Below are positions 1-14,894 of a stretch of 64,000 nt of DNA, one piece after another. Numbering within the stretch: position 1 is the stretch's first letter; every line of letters starts with the position of its first letter. Location of the stretch: the NCBI GenBank assembly GCA_951406725.2, contig OX597830.1, forward strand, positions 29,202,001 through 29,266,000. The letters are read 5' to 3'. This DNA is from Octopus vulgaris. Taxonomy: Eukaryota. The position numbers and the translations under genes are program-made. The notes beneath the pieces are model-generated. The model was not told the origin of the DNA. It did no database searches and worked only from the letters and a program-made list of their open reading frames with translations.

Positions 1-62
<62 letters not shown>

Positions 63-447
63 AACGTACAATCATACAAATATAGCCAACGATTTTGACT
101 GACCACTAGCTTTCAAGTGTGCATGCAGTTTGGTGCAAAACATTTCAATAGCTTTTGTTAAATGCTTAATAGTGTAGCAGCTCCTACATCTTCCTGATCG
201 ATACATGCTAGCGCAAAATCACTTTCGCGTTTTGTAGGAAAGGACACCGTTACTTCTGAACAAAAATTAGTTCAACTAAATAGCAAAGTTATATATGGTA
301 TTTAATTAAATAAGAATAGTGAAGGTTCACGATATGAATATGTAAGCAGTCAATAATTCAACCATACATATTTGGTTGTTGTACGCTTGGAGGTTTGTTT
401 AATGATATTAGTCTGAACTTCGTTTTTAGAATATCGAATATAATTAT

Positions 448-492
<45 letters not shown>

Positions 493-902
493 ATATATAT
501 ATATATGTATATAAAAAAGGCAGGATGTGTGTGTGTGTGTACGTGAATGCAATTTATGCACGTTCACAAATTAGCACGCATGTCGCTCCAATTTTAGGAG
601 GACATTCGTCATGATTCTAGTTGATTTTCGTCAACTTATTTTCCCCAGAGGCACCAGCGAATACCAGTAAACATAAATTTTCAACCAAAACTTTAAAAAA
701 TTTTCAAGTCGGAGAAATCACCAATGATTGCAAACAGGAGTTAAGTCCCCTTCTAGTGACGAGTGAGTTTTTGTTAAGACTTTTGTTGTTTTTTTTCCAT
801 TGAGGATATAAGGGCAACACACACCATGTATGCGTACAAAAAGCATGCATGCACGTACGTGTGTGTATGTGTGTGTGTGTGTTGCCTGTATATATATACA
901 TA

Positions 903-939
<37 letters not shown>

Positions 940-942
<3 letters not shown>

Positions 943-1065
943 AACCAGTTTCAACGGTTTTCGCCCAAATTTGACGTCGATGTTACTTAGTTTAGTTTGA
1001 AATAAAGAACTTGATTAGTTTAATAATCCTATCTCATTCCCGAGCAAAGACGGGCAATACTGCTA

Positions 1066-1066
<1 letters not shown>
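940..1066 (+). mobile_element. Helitron 3' terminal fragment
   Basis: Ends in cccgagcaaagacgggcaatactgCTAG|T: a GC hairpin plus CTAG, near-identical to the termini at 23264, 26960 and 32502. 5' boundary approximate. Confidence 0.65.
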
Positions 1067-1100
<34 letters not shown>

Positions 1101-1331
1101 CAGGCACACGTAAACTCAATCAAAACAGCACATTCACGAAAGCACAAATAGATACATATGTACATATGTATGTATATTACGTATATATTTATAAACATAT
1201 AAATTGCTGACTACCAGCTTTTGACTTTTCTATCAACCCCAGATTTACATACGATCAATTAAAATTGCATGTATATATTCGATATATTCCCTAAAAGAAT
1301 ATATGTGAAAGTCTCTGTTTGAGTGTGTGTG

Positions 1332-1365
<34 letters not shown>

Positions 1366-1467
1366 CGAGTGCCTTTATGTGTTTGTGCGCATGTGTGAAT
1401 ATATTTGTGTAATGTACGCTTCAGATATTACGTCGGATCATCAAAGATCAGTTGAATTTTGATTTAT

Positions 1468-1912
1468 GTACGCCATATAAAGTCTTATAGATGATTTTTT
1501 TCTGGAATTTTTTGAAAATCTTTACTAATCTGTTCTACACGCGGTAAGTCATACTATTATGCAAAAATATAAAAAATTGGAACGTGATTTAAGGGTTATT
1601 TAATTGTTATTTTTAGCACATCTCATCACTAACTATACCATCGTTGTTTGTCAGTTAGACATATTGAGGTTTGTGAATATTTTTCTCCACATGAACACAT
1701 CTAATGGTGTATTTTGGAGATTTTAGCCAAAAATTCAGATTCTCCGTATTTTAAACGGTGATTTTAAAAGAATCGAAAAAAGTGTGTCAATATGATTTTT
1801 AAAATGCGAAAAATTAAAATATGCTTACAAAATCGCGTTAATTCCCATGCATTAAATACATTTTTCGAAAATTCCAAAAAATAAAAAAGTTATGATGGGC
1901 TATATAGTATGC
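1468..1912. mobile_element. Degenerate non-autonomous TIR DNA transposon, possibly TTAA-targeting (Kolobok/piggyBac-like)
   Basis: Left end ttat|gtacgccatata...ttttctggaattttttgaaaa is an imperfect inverted match to right end ttttcgaaaattccaaaaaa...tatatagtatgc|ttaa. Confidence 0.4.
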
Positions 1913-2973
1913 TTAAAGCAGAGTCCCGCCAAAAATATCTATAGTATTTAATGAGAGATGTGCACACACGATATTAATATTCGAGCAACAATTAATTCGA
2001 TGCTTTGTAAAAAGAATAGACAAGTTTGTACAGCATGTGTATTCCGGTAGTGAAACTCTGAAATACAATATATCTCTTCTTTGAGGGAGAACGAGAAGAA
2101 GAATTGACGGGGAGGGAAATGTGAAAGAGAAAAAGTGGTATAAAAAAATAAAGAAAGAGAACAATGGAGGAAATGAAAATTTTGTCTATTGGACTGTTTG
2201 AATCGGAATTGGTCTGATTAATATAATAAATTCAAAGGGGAAATGCTAAAGTTTGTGAGACAGCCTGTTTCATTCAGAGAGAGTGATGTTTTCTAGTTCT
2301 ATAAATGAAACTTGTCCAGATGCTTATCTTCATCGGAAATTTCAGATCTGGAATTCAATAGGCCCGTATATTTTATGATAAAAAAAAGTCAAGGAATGAT
2401 ATAGCAACGTATAACATGAATCGTACCTCGATACCCCATCTGATGAGTGAAGAGATGCAATTCACAAATCTTAAATCCTACTTCCATATTTCTTCTTTTT
2501 GTAGTTTTTCTCATAATTTTCACTCTTTTCATTCGCCTTTTCTCTTTCTCTATCTTTCACGCAGCAGCTACGTTGTATTTCAGAGGGTCACTGGTTGATG
2601 GACGTTAAAAAAAAAACATGTCCGATTATCGTATATTCAGTGATATAAAACTAATAGTGCCTCGTGTCTACACTCCGCATGTGTGCAGTACACACACAAA
2701 CACACATGCAAGCACACACACGCACATAACTTTATCTATCTTCTAATAGTTTCGCAACGTAAGGCTCTTCGAATAATATTCTCATTTAATCTTTTTATGT
2801 ATATTCATTATCGGTTTCTTCACTCGGGTACTGAGTCCTATGTTTCTTTTGTCATGAGTGGATATCGGCATGCGTCGACGTTAGCATATACTGCTTGTGC
2901 CAACATACAGATATAACAGGTATGAAAAAAATGCTATTTAGACGGAGTGTTTTTCAAAAAGGATATTGCTCAA

Positions 2974-3024
<51 letters not shown>

Positions 3025-3305
3025 TTGCATTCCACCTGCTTTTTGTGAAAATATTCCTGGCAACTACAATGCTAAAGAATAGCCGACATTTTTTGCTGTC
3101 AATCTTTTTTGCTTTCATATTTCAACATAGGTATTAGGAGATTTGGAAATAAGATGACAAATATAGTTACCTTCTTTTTTTAAAACATCTTAAACGTGAT
3201 CCATCTAAATCTTTGAAGGTGACAAAATTACCCTATTCTCTTGGCATTTCATAAGTAGCTAATTAAAATAATCTCTCCGATTTACTTTTGCGATTATATA
3301 TATAT

Positions 3306-3399
<94 letters not shown>

Positions 3400-3945
3400 A
3401 CGTATATACGTATATATATATATGTGTGTGTACATTGTGCATATATATGTGAGTGTACGTTATGTGTATATATATGTATGTATATATCGATATGCATACA
3501 CTCCTGTAGTCGCTCACGCAAGCATATATATGTATATATATATGTATACTTAGCTACATATACAGACACACATACACACACATATATTTGTATATGCATG
3601 TATATATACATGTGTGTGTGTGTGTGTGTGTGTGTATGTGAAAACAAGTGGGAAGGCATCTAGGAGTTACACATGAAGCTAGTTTAATAATTAAAATGTA
3701 CAAGAAAGACGACAGCAACAAGAAGAACATTATGAAATATATGTTTAGTGATCTTCACACCGATACGTTTCCAAAAAATCACACCTCCGACTGTCATATT
3801 ATTTCTTCTACTTTTCTCTGTGTTAACACTTCCAGAGTAGTATCGTTACATCAAAAGAAAATACCACTTGGGTTTGCATCCCCTCCTCCTTACAAAGACA
3901 TATATGCATACATAAAATGCACATGTATACGCATATATATGTATG

Positions 3946-4013
<68 letters not shown>

Positions 4014-4649
4014 GTATAGAATAGGCTTTATCGCTAACTGTTAAAAAGATAATTTACGATCGTCGAAAGAATAAAAAAAAAACGTTCGTACACACAACAG
4101 TATATTAAAAGAAAGGAAAGCTCTTATCTTTATTGGAAGTAATTAAGCTAAGAACAGGAATACTACGCCACTGTCTGCAGAATTTAGGAACCATGTATTG
4201 TATGAGTAAATCATTAATTTTAAGAACATAATGCTAAATATTTATCTCGCCAAAATCTAAATCAGGTGAGATCGGAAGTGTTTGAAAAAAATGCAGATAT
4301 ATTTTTGTCAAATTGTTGGAAATTCTTTCAAACAAACAAATTATAATGTCACAGGTAAATTTGGTTTTTCCACTGAATATTTCAGTGTTTATATTACTTC
4401 CTATATTTATATGCAAAGCATCCAATTGTGTATGCACTTTTCGACCAAATTCACCATTCAACTGTGTGTGGGCTGCGTTTCCTTTGTCTCGTAAGCATAT
4501 GTCATGTGTGTATTCTTGAGATTGTGTACGTACGTATGTATATATGAATAAATAAATAAATATATGTTTGATCATACGTACATATATGCAAATGAATATA
4601 TTTTGATATATATGTATATATGTATATATATATATATATATGTATATTT

Positions 4650-5038
4650 GTCTAGTAACTCTAAGACTAAGAATTCTATTTACCAGTGTAGAATTTCTTC
4701 CGGTACCGACGTTTTCTTTTATATAAGAGCGTCCACTTCTCAGTTATCCAAGAGAATTTCTAACCACTATTCGACATTCAGGGATAGGAAAAAAACGACA
4801 TAGTACAGGTCTAAGTAAATTAGTTTGGCGTCTTAAAGACAATAATATAATTTTCAAGTTAGATTGGTTTATAATGTCTGTATCCTTTCCTTTTGATAAG
4901 GGCGGGAGATTTTGTAACATTTGTAACTCTGAACTCTTCCATATTCTTTTCGCTAAGATTCCGCTAGTAAACACACCCATAGAAAAATCGTACAAATGTA
5001 AACACTGGCAGAAACACACTTTCTACTCATATAAATGA
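4650..5038 (+). pseudogene. Frameshifted GIY-YIG endonuclease C-terminal domain of a Penelope-like element
   Basis: KNSIYQCRISSGTDVFFYIRASTSQLSKRISNHYSTFRDRKK, frameshift in the A-run near 4795, then RHSTGLSKLVWRLKDNNIIFKLDWFIM...FCNICNSE...CKH..*. This fits the PLE pattern xIY..YIG..KRxxNH..SF..STxLSKxxWxLK..W.I..CxLC..E..CxH. Confidence 0.85.
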
Positions 5039-5513
5039 TAACGGTTGTCACTGTGGTTTGAACAATTAGCTTCACGTCCACCCCACTGCTATAGAGAAAT
5101 TCTTTCCTAAGCCTTCGAACATTCTTTCAATCAACGTACCCTTCCCTCTCCACTTGTTCCCTACCTATTACTCCTTTATACCTTCTCTTACTACTATCTA
5201 TCTTTGACGTCTGTCTCTCTCTCACACACACAATCACACACACAGACACAAATGCAGTTATACACACACACATACACACACAGAAACACACGCACTCATT
5301 AACACAAGCATACACCCACACATTTCCATACATACAGCAAACATACTGTCCCCTACCCATTATTACTTTATCCCTTTCCTTCCTCCTACTATCCATTTTT
5401 GACGTCAATTCTCCTAACGGATTTTTAAAAAAATACGCTCATTATCGCTCTGTTTACCATGTAGGGAATCATCGAAATTTTTGTTTGTCTTGTTGTCGAG
5501 AGAGGCTCCCTTT

Positions 5514-5595
5514 CTTTCCTGATGAGAAGATTACATAATGCACCCTTTATTCCTTCGGAATGAAAATATGCTGTCTTCGAAACATGTGTCGAGAG
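5514..5595 (+). ncRNA. Type I hammerhead ribozyme (PLE-type)
   Basis: Stem I ctttc/gagag; core CTGATGA 5519-5525; stem II gaagat/gtcttc with a long loop; GAAAC-ATGT-GTC; predicted cleavage after 5590. Confidence 0.85.
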
Positions 5596-5799
5596 TAAAC
5601 GAATTTTATTAACATCTTCGTTCGACTCCATTCTTTCTTTTATTCATATACAACACACAAATTTATGCACATGAACCCGGAGTTTCTACCCTTGACAGGT
5701 CGCTTCAACCGTGTTTTCTGACTTGAATTTGCTACCCAGGTTTCGGTTAAACGAATTTTCCATGCTGACCATAAACATAGGATAATTCATTCACCTACT

Positions 5800-6444
<645 letters not shown>

Positions 6445-6499
6445 TATAAAAACTAACACTAATATATATAACTATCAATCTATATATGTATATATATAT

Positions 6500-6798
6500 G
6501 TGATCATGTGACCGACCAGGCTATCAGATGTTGCTACACATCGCTGGTCACAATGCACTTCGCATTGTTTTAGCCTTCAAATGACGCCACCCCGCTGGTT
6601 AAGCGAGCAGGCCAACAGAAGAAAGAGTGAGAGAAAGTTGTGGCGAAAGAGTACAGCAGGGATCGCCACCACCCCCTATCGAAGCTTCGAGCTTTAGGTG
6701 TTTTCGCTCAATAAACACACACAACGCCCGGTCTGGGAATCGAAACCGCGATCCTCCGACCGCAAGTCCGGTGCCCTAACCACTGGGCCATTGCGCTT

Positions 6799-6800
<2 letters not shown>
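6500..6800 (-). mobile_element. tRNA-derived SINE group B, tail type 1
   Basis: Minus strand begins ggaagcgcaatggcccagtggttagg (A box) ... ggtttcgattccc (B box). Near-identical to 17308-17617. Confidence 0.85.
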
Positions 6801-6880
<80 letters not shown>

Positions 6881-6989
6881 ATATATATATATAATATATA
6901 ATATATATACACATATATATAGTTACATATATATATATATAGGCAATATATATATTATATATTATATATATATTATATATATATATATT

Positions 6990-7440
6990 TCGATTTTGTA
7001 TTTGGTTCGCACACTGGGTCAATTTGACATCCGCATCTTATCCAAGCACCCGAAGGACCCAACACTCAGACCAATCCAGGAGTACGTCCTCATAAATGAA
7101 ACATCCTCTATACTGAATAGGAAATACACATAGAAGGTAGTGATACCCAATACTCAGAGTTTATAAATACACATGTAGTTGGTGAATGCTGCCATGATCC
7201 CTGCCTTCATTTCATCATTGGTGTCAGAAGAAGCTTTGTTGGATCAGGGTGAAATCGTATAGCGGCTATCATATCATATTTCACGTATCTTATCTCGTGT
7301 ATACATCTTAATATTTACATAATGATCATCACCTTACAGTCGTGGAGTATGCTCCCTTCTTAATTTTTGATGATCGATATCACACATCTCAACATGTTTC
7401 AATACCTGGTTTGTGAGTATATTTGGAATATCTTTCAATA
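6990..7440 (+). mobile_element. Decayed Penelope-like 3' fragment
   Basis: Reads QFDIRILSKHPKDPTLRPIQEYVLINETSSILNRK*, resembling the GIY-YIG C-terminal R.I.E...I...LN.K motif. A degenerate HHR-like motif follows at 7220-7266 (CAGAAGA...GAAAT). TA runs on both sides. Confidence 0.5.
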
Positions 7441-7546
7441 TATATATTTTTTTCTTTAATCTCATTGCCTGATACCTCCTTTGCGCATGGTTGTTTGCAG
7501 TTTTATATGGGTATGTGTGTGTGTGAGTGTGTGTGTGCGAGTGTGA

Positions 7547-7586
<40 letters not shown>

Positions 7587-7717
7587 CGCTACTGACTTTT
7601 CACCTTCACAACTCAATAACGTGAACGGGTATCGGTATCCGATCGGCTAGGAGATGGTCGGGCCGACATATTTCTTTTTCTCTCCTTCTTTCTGTGTTTT
7701 TTTTTTCTGGCTGTGTA

Positions 7718-7755
7718 TCTTTCTGTTGAAGAGCGTAGGCTCGAAACGTTAAAGA
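7718..7755 (+). ncRNA. Minimal hammerhead-like motif with one core substitution
   Basis: Stem I tcttt/aaaga; core CTGTTGA (canonical CTGANGA); stem II gagc-gtag-gctc; GAAACGTT with palindromic ACGT stem III. The host repeat ends at (TA)n at ~7853. Confidence 0.55.
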
Positions 7756-7889
7756 CTTGTTTTATTTATATTTCCTGAGCGCCATACTAATACAATTGTT
7801 TGTTTGTTTCCCACCTGCCTTCGTCTTTTGTCTATTTTCATAAAGCTTCCCGTTATATATATATATATATATATATACATGTGCGTGTG

Positions 7890-8085
7890 AGTATATGTTT
7901 GTCTCCACAACATTGTTTAACAGCCGATGATGGTGTGTTTATGTCAACGTAACTTAGCGGTTTGGCAAAAGAGTTCGATAGAATAAGTACTAGGACTACA
8001 AAGAATAAACCCCGTGGTTGATTTGCTCGACTAAACGAAGTGCTCCGGCATAGTTCCATTCACATGAGTGAAACAAGTAAAAGAA
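7890..8085 (+). mobile_element. SINE group A, 3' half
   Basis: Matches the 3' half of 60478-60893 (gtaacttagcggtt...gatagaataagtactagg...gaaacaagtaaaaga). Confidence 0.75.
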
Positions 8086-8394
8086 TATATGTACGCGCTT
8101 ATATATGTGTGTGTGTGTGTACAGATATGTAAGTAATCGTTTGGTAAATCTTTGGACCGTTCTCATTCAGAAGGAACGAATTTCTATCAAAGTTATCAAG
8201 CTCTACACCCAGGATATACGCATAATAATAGCTGTGAATATCTATACGTTGAGATTTAAAAGAGTTTTGCATAATTTCAATTCACATAGGTTGGAAAATT
8301 TGTATATATGGATTTATTATTGTATATAACTACAGGCATGTGTACATACAAAGGTATATATGAGCACACCCGCATCTACAAAAACAAACAGACG

Positions 8395-8478
<84 letters not shown>

Positions 8479-9195
8479 AGTGTGTGGGGGGGGGCGTGTG
8501 TGTGTGTGAATTCACATGCATATATAAGTTTATCTTTATGCATGCATACACATTATGTTTATATATATATATATATATATGCACATCACACACACACACA
8601 CACACGCACATATAAATTCATATATATATACATATATATTCATTTGCAAGCATATTCACGTGTGCATTGTTGCGTAAATGCTTGTATTTCTATATCTGTA
8701 CGAGTGTGTGTATGTGTGTGTCTGTGTGTATGCGTGTGTCTCTATATGTTTGAGTGCGTGCATACGAGTGTGCGTGCGTGCGTGTGTGTCTCCGTGTGCT
8801 TATCTCTGTGTGTGTATACGTATGCAGGTCTCTCTGTATGACATGTCTGCCATGCATTATGAGTACGTTTTTGTAAGTTTGGGGTTGTGCATGTACGATT
8901 CGGCGCGCAATATTTTCAATATTGTTGTTAAATTTCAGATTCTACCATTGAATAGCTTTCGGTGTCTATCCTTGAGGTTATTGCTTAATTCCTTTATAAT
9001 TGTGTGTACAAATTCTATTATATTCGTCTCTGCTGTGCATGTGTACATCGGCTTTGTGCTTGTAGATGTATTTCTGTCAGTTTACAAGTGTGTATGCTTA
9101 GTTGATTTACCTTTTTATAAGCGAAACTACAAGAAAACCAATGCCCGCTGGGTAATAAAACAACATGCATATATGCACAGAACAGTGAACAGCCT

Positions 9196-9271
<76 letters not shown>

Positions 9272-9380
9272 CAGTAGACTGATTAAGAAGTTTCTTAAGA
9301 TGTAATATTTCTTATATTTTGATGATGATGATAATAATTATAAGAACAACAACAGCAACAACAATAACAACAGCAATAAC

Positions 9381-9458
<78 letters not shown>

Positions 9459-9509
9459 AATAATAATAATGATAATAATAATAATAACGATAATAATAAT
9501 AATAATAAT

Positions 9510-9600
<91 letters not shown>
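9196..9600. repeat. (TAG)n followed by a long (ATA)n microsatellite
   Basis: Direct reading. Confidence 0.95.
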
Positions 9601-10055
9601 TAATGATAAGAATAACTACACTACCAACACCAAGAAGAACAAGAAGAACAATGACAACAACAGAATTATATTCATTTTGAGCAAATTTTTCTAGGATGAA
9701 TTTTGAAAACAATGTTCAGAAAATTGATTTAGATGTTTAAAAAATTAGAAAAATTTCCGAAAGGAAATTATGAAATAAAAATTAACAAACGGCGAAAAAA
9801 TAACATGTATATATATGCATTTGATTTTCGTTAGTAATTTTTTATATTTTTTTAAAAATGTTTAGAATAATCAAAAGTCAAATCTTATTTTCAAAGAAAA
9901 ATAACATTAAAAGTTGATTAGATTTTGAAAATGTTCGAAGATAAAATGAAAAAAGTATATATGAAAATTCTCTTCTATCCCTGGAGGGATAAAAATCTAA
10001 TATGATCCGTTTTGTTGCAAATATATATATGTATGTTTGTGAGTGTGTGTGATTC

Positions 10056-10091
<36 letters not shown>

Positions 10092-11601
10092 TGTATGTAT
10101 GCACATATATATATATATATATATACATGTTTATATATTTATATATACATATGTAAGTATGTACACGCGCGCACACACACACACACATTATATATATATA
10201 TATCTATATGCCCATCAATCTATATACATGCTGTGCATACGTATGCATATACATCTCTCTCTATATATATATGTACAAGCACATATACATATATATATAT
10301 ACATACACGTATGTATCATATATCATATATACATATATATGTGTGTGCGTGTTGTGCGCGTGTATGTCTGTGTGTGTATAGATATATCTGTGTGCTTGCT
10401 TGCAAACTTGGGTGCTTGCATTTGCGTGTATATGTGTATGAATATACATGTATAATCTTTCAGGAGACTTTGTTTTTTCCTATAAATTTCAGCCACAAAT
10501 GTTTCTGATAATATGAAGAAGCAGAGATTTGAAATATATACATAATATAATTATCAGATTAGTAATCGTATTCATTTCTTTCATCGTATGTTATTTAAAA
10601 TGATATTTGCGTCTTGTGCCTTTAAGTTTCATCGTATACCATGGCATCGTATTCTGTTGTATGGCATTGTAATTTAATCCCAGTTAATATAGATTCATCG
10701 TACATACATGCATGCATACATACATATACACATATAAGCGAGCATGCATGCATACGTGTATGTATATAACTGCTAGCTTCTAACTTTTACGTGCTTCCTT
10801 CATTGGAATGCGACCAGGATTTCCTTGAAGCGTTTAAGACGTACCAAACAACCTCGGTACATAGTTTTATAAGCCTGATATGTTGGTGTTTATTCTGTCG
10901 GGCTCTTTGCCGAAACGTTAATTTATATTGAAACGTAAACAAACCAACTTGTGTTCATTTGGATAGACGTAAATGCAGTGAATCTCCGACTACTAAACCC
11001 ATATAAAAAGCTATTGTGTGCCCGGGAAGAGAAATATATTTCACACGAGAGTTCCTGGCCCCAGTTAAGAATCCATTTGCATACAACCGTTCAGAGCTCA
11101 CCTATCAAACTAATTCAAATAGCGCATAACAAGTGAAGGGCGATAAGATAAGGTAACTTGAGTAAGGAATGACCATGCTTCCTTTTACTTTTAACAATGC
11201 TTGTTGTTCATGTAATTGTTGCAACCATAGCTGCTTCTGCGTAGTTATTTGTGTTGTTGTTTAATTGTAAAGCAGTGAGGAGAGAGAGGGTTGCTAGCAC
11301 CTCAACCTCTACCCACATTTTACCCATCCATGTCTTTACCATATGGGGCCCTAACAAAATCTGAAAATAGTTATAGATACAAACCTATCTAATTACATGT
11401 CTCCTCAAATCGGACAACAACACCGTTCTTCGTCTTGAATTTACTTGGTAGTGTGTTTGTTAACTTGACAAGATCAACATGAGCTTTGATTGGCTGTATT
11501 CAAATGAGTTCATTACTGGGACCCGGAACTAAAGTTATTAATCCTGTCCGTCCCTGATTCTGTTTTATTTTATATATGGGTACACTAACTTCCTCACACA
11601 C

Positions 11602-11756
11602 TCTTTACTCTCTTACTCTTTTACTTGCTTCAGTCATTTGACTGCGACCATGCTGGAGCACCAGCTGTAGTCGAGCAAATCGACCCAAGATCTTGTTCTT
11701 TGTAAGCCTAGTACTTATTCTATCTGTCTTTTTTGCCGAACCGCTAAGTTACGGGG
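11602..11756 (-). mobile_element. SINE group A, 3' end
   Basis: Reverse complement of the group A tail (cttttacttgcttcagtcatttgactgcgaccatgctggagcacc). Confidence 0.75.
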
Positions 11757-12906
11757 CCATCATCGAATACATCCATCATTTTGTGTTAATTTGCTAGCTT
11801 AGTATTTGAATCTAAGTTGTCCTATATTATTCACCGCCGGATCGATCTTGCAGAAGATTTTTTTCCCTAGTTTCAATTTACTCCTCATCAAGCAGACATA
11901 CCTAATATTGCGAAATGGACGAGTAACAGTCACCATGATTATTTCATTGGAAAACTTTAAACATTTTTACAGGCTTTCAGAAATTATCCGCTTAAAGCGG
12001 TGCTCCAGTGTGGCTGTACTTAAATGACTGAAACATGTGAAAGAAAATTTAAATCCCAATTTTGGTACTATAGTATCAACGTGAAAATTATGGTAGTTTT
12101 TGATTTACTGTTGCAAATGAATACGAAATATACATTCAAAATACTGCTCAAAATTAGAACCACGGTGGTAATTCAGACACACGCATACTAGGAAGGAAAG
12201 TGAGGTTCTCCAAAGTCATTCCAATATAAGTTAAATCGATAGGATATTTCTCAGAGTTTTGTCCACAATTCTTTCTTCTTTGATGTCAACATTTCTTTTT
12301 CCAGGTTAATAAGTAAAGTATGAAAGAAGAGCTACGGCTTGGCACAAATGTTTGGGCTTAGGACCAGAAAAGTATGTTTTGGCTATTTGATGTCTTGATT
12401 TACATCTTAAACACCTCGGTTTTCTGTGGTGGGGGACCCAGTGTGATAGGTTTCCAATCTCATCAGGCACATCGACAGCATCGTGTTAGTTTCAAAATCC
12501 ACGAATATGAAATGTGCCCCTGGATTGCAAGTTTGACAACATTAGTATGGATTTATTTATATATATATATATATATACATTCGAATGTAAATTACACTTG
12601 TGTTCATATATAAACACATGCGCACAACCAGTTTTATACGTAAGCATGTACGCATGAATATAAGCATTAAGGCATTACACCTGATAAGATTAAGAATAAG
12701 AAATGACGTAGTACAAAGAAGAGTATCATAGATATAATCGTATATTTCTAAGAAGGCTACTGTACAACTATTAGCTGAATACTAAAGCATTCTCTCAAAG
12801 TAATTTCTTTGAGAATATGATTCAGGAAAGAAACACGTGCATAACTGTAAGGTATTTATAAAGATTTGCGTGTGTGTATTGTACAACTGCATATGCATAC
12901 AATCGT

Positions 12907-12955
<49 letters not shown>

Positions 12956-13104
12956 AAGAAAGAGAGAGAGAGAGAGGGAGAGGGAGAGAGACAGAACTTT
13001 TTTGAAAGGGGGATATGTGTATATATATATATATATGTAGATAGATAGATAGCTATATATATATATAGAGAGAGAGAGATGCGTTTATACACACACATTC
13101 ACAC

Positions 13105-13161
<57 letters not shown>

Positions 13162-13317
13162 GTGGTGGTTGTCTACTCCTTATGCAAAGTTTCACCACCT
13201 CCCTTACCTACATCTTAGAACCATCATATATATATATATAATAGCGCAAACAATAGTATTGCTTCCCAGTAAAACAAAGCACCCTATGTGCACTGTTGTA
13301 CCATTATTCTATATATA

Positions 13318-13604
13318 GGAGTGGCTGTGTGGTTAATAGCTTCCTTACCAACCACATGGTTCTGGATTCAATCCCACTGCGTGGCACCTTAGGCAAGTGT
13401 CTTCTACTATAGCCTCGCAAGCATCGCTTTACAACCGATGCTGGTGTGTTTACGTCCCCGTAACTTAGCGGTTCGACAAAACAGACCGATAGAATAAGTA
13501 CAAAGCTTACAAAGAATAAGTCCTGGGGTCGATTGGCTCGACTAAAGGCGGTGCTCCAGCATGGCCGCAGTCGAATGACTGAAACAAGTAAAAGATTAAA
13601 AGAG
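13318..13604 (+). mobile_element. SINE group A, internally deleted
   Basis: Head ggagtggctgtgtgg...ggattcaatccc joined directly to the 3' tail; the central part seen in 60478-60893 is missing. Confidence 0.85.
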
Positions 13605-13606
13605 TG

Positions 13607-13641
<35 letters not shown>

Positions 13642-14718
13642 ACACACACACACACATGAAATCCATTTTCAGTGAATACAGAAGATGGCTGAAAAGGATG
13701 GAATGTACTTTCAATTCTTATAAACTCAAAATCAAAATGTGGTTAAGAAACATTTATTGTACAGAACCATGTTTTTCATCCTGAAGACTTCTATAAAATA
13801 TTGCGCTAAGATTCTTACATCTCAAAATCTCACAGAGCAGTTAACAAAATATATAAAATTGGGGATATTGGCTAATGTTCCCATCTGGAAATAAGAAAGG
13901 AACATTTTTCTGGTTGCTAACCATAGTATGTAGGGAATCTGACTTGCGTAGACGTTGTTTGTGAAATATTTTATTAAACGTAGATGTAGTTTAGTAAATA
14001 AGTTACACAAACGGAAAATGATCACCATATTTAAGAGAGAAAGAACAATTGGCTTGAAGGATTTTATTATTTGTCTTACCGTTGGTTGGGATCTTCAGTT
14101 TAGAATGAATCGTCATGGTCTTTCGTTGATCAAGGTCGATATATAATGTGCTAATCAATTACTGGCATTAACTGGAATGTTTTGCATTTCATATTTTCTG
14201 ACCTTGAACTAAAGTCTGAAGTCAACATGTGCAATGTACAAGAAACATGCTCTGACTTGCACTCAGTTATACATACATACATACATACATACATACATAC
14301 ATACATACATACATACATACATACATACATGCATACATACATACGTATATACATGCTTGCATACACACACACACACATATATATAAACACACACACATAT
14401 ATATACTTATGTTCATAAATATATTTAAATGTATTTGTGTCTGTGTGTATACATATATTCATAAACACATCTTTGATTTTTACGTGTGTTTTTAATGGCG
14501 GCATTTATTTTATTGATCTATTTACAGAACCGCTAAGTTACTGGTACGTAAACATTCCAACACTGGTTGTTAGGCGATGAGGAACAAGCACAGGCACATA
14601 TTCATAGTTTCAGGTAGGGATATATACACACACATACACGCGCACTGTCCTCTCTCCATATATATATATATATATGTGTGTGTGGGTGTGGGTGTGTGCG
14701 TCTGTGTGAGTGTGTGAG

Positions 14719-14753
<35 letters not shown>

Positions 14754-14814
14754 TCACATGTACGCACACTTATAATTGTGTTTATCTGTCTACCTATCTC
14801 TCACACTATCAATA

Positions 14815-14894
<80 letters not shown>

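Noticed and set aside
2435-2475. CTGATGA-gtgaa/ttcac hairpin
   Set aside because: Lacks GAAA, a UH triplet and stem I.
10504-10558. tctgataat/attatcaga hairpin enclosing ATGAAGA...GAAAT
   Set aside because: Core altered, no stem II, wrong spacing; likely chance in AT-rich DNA.
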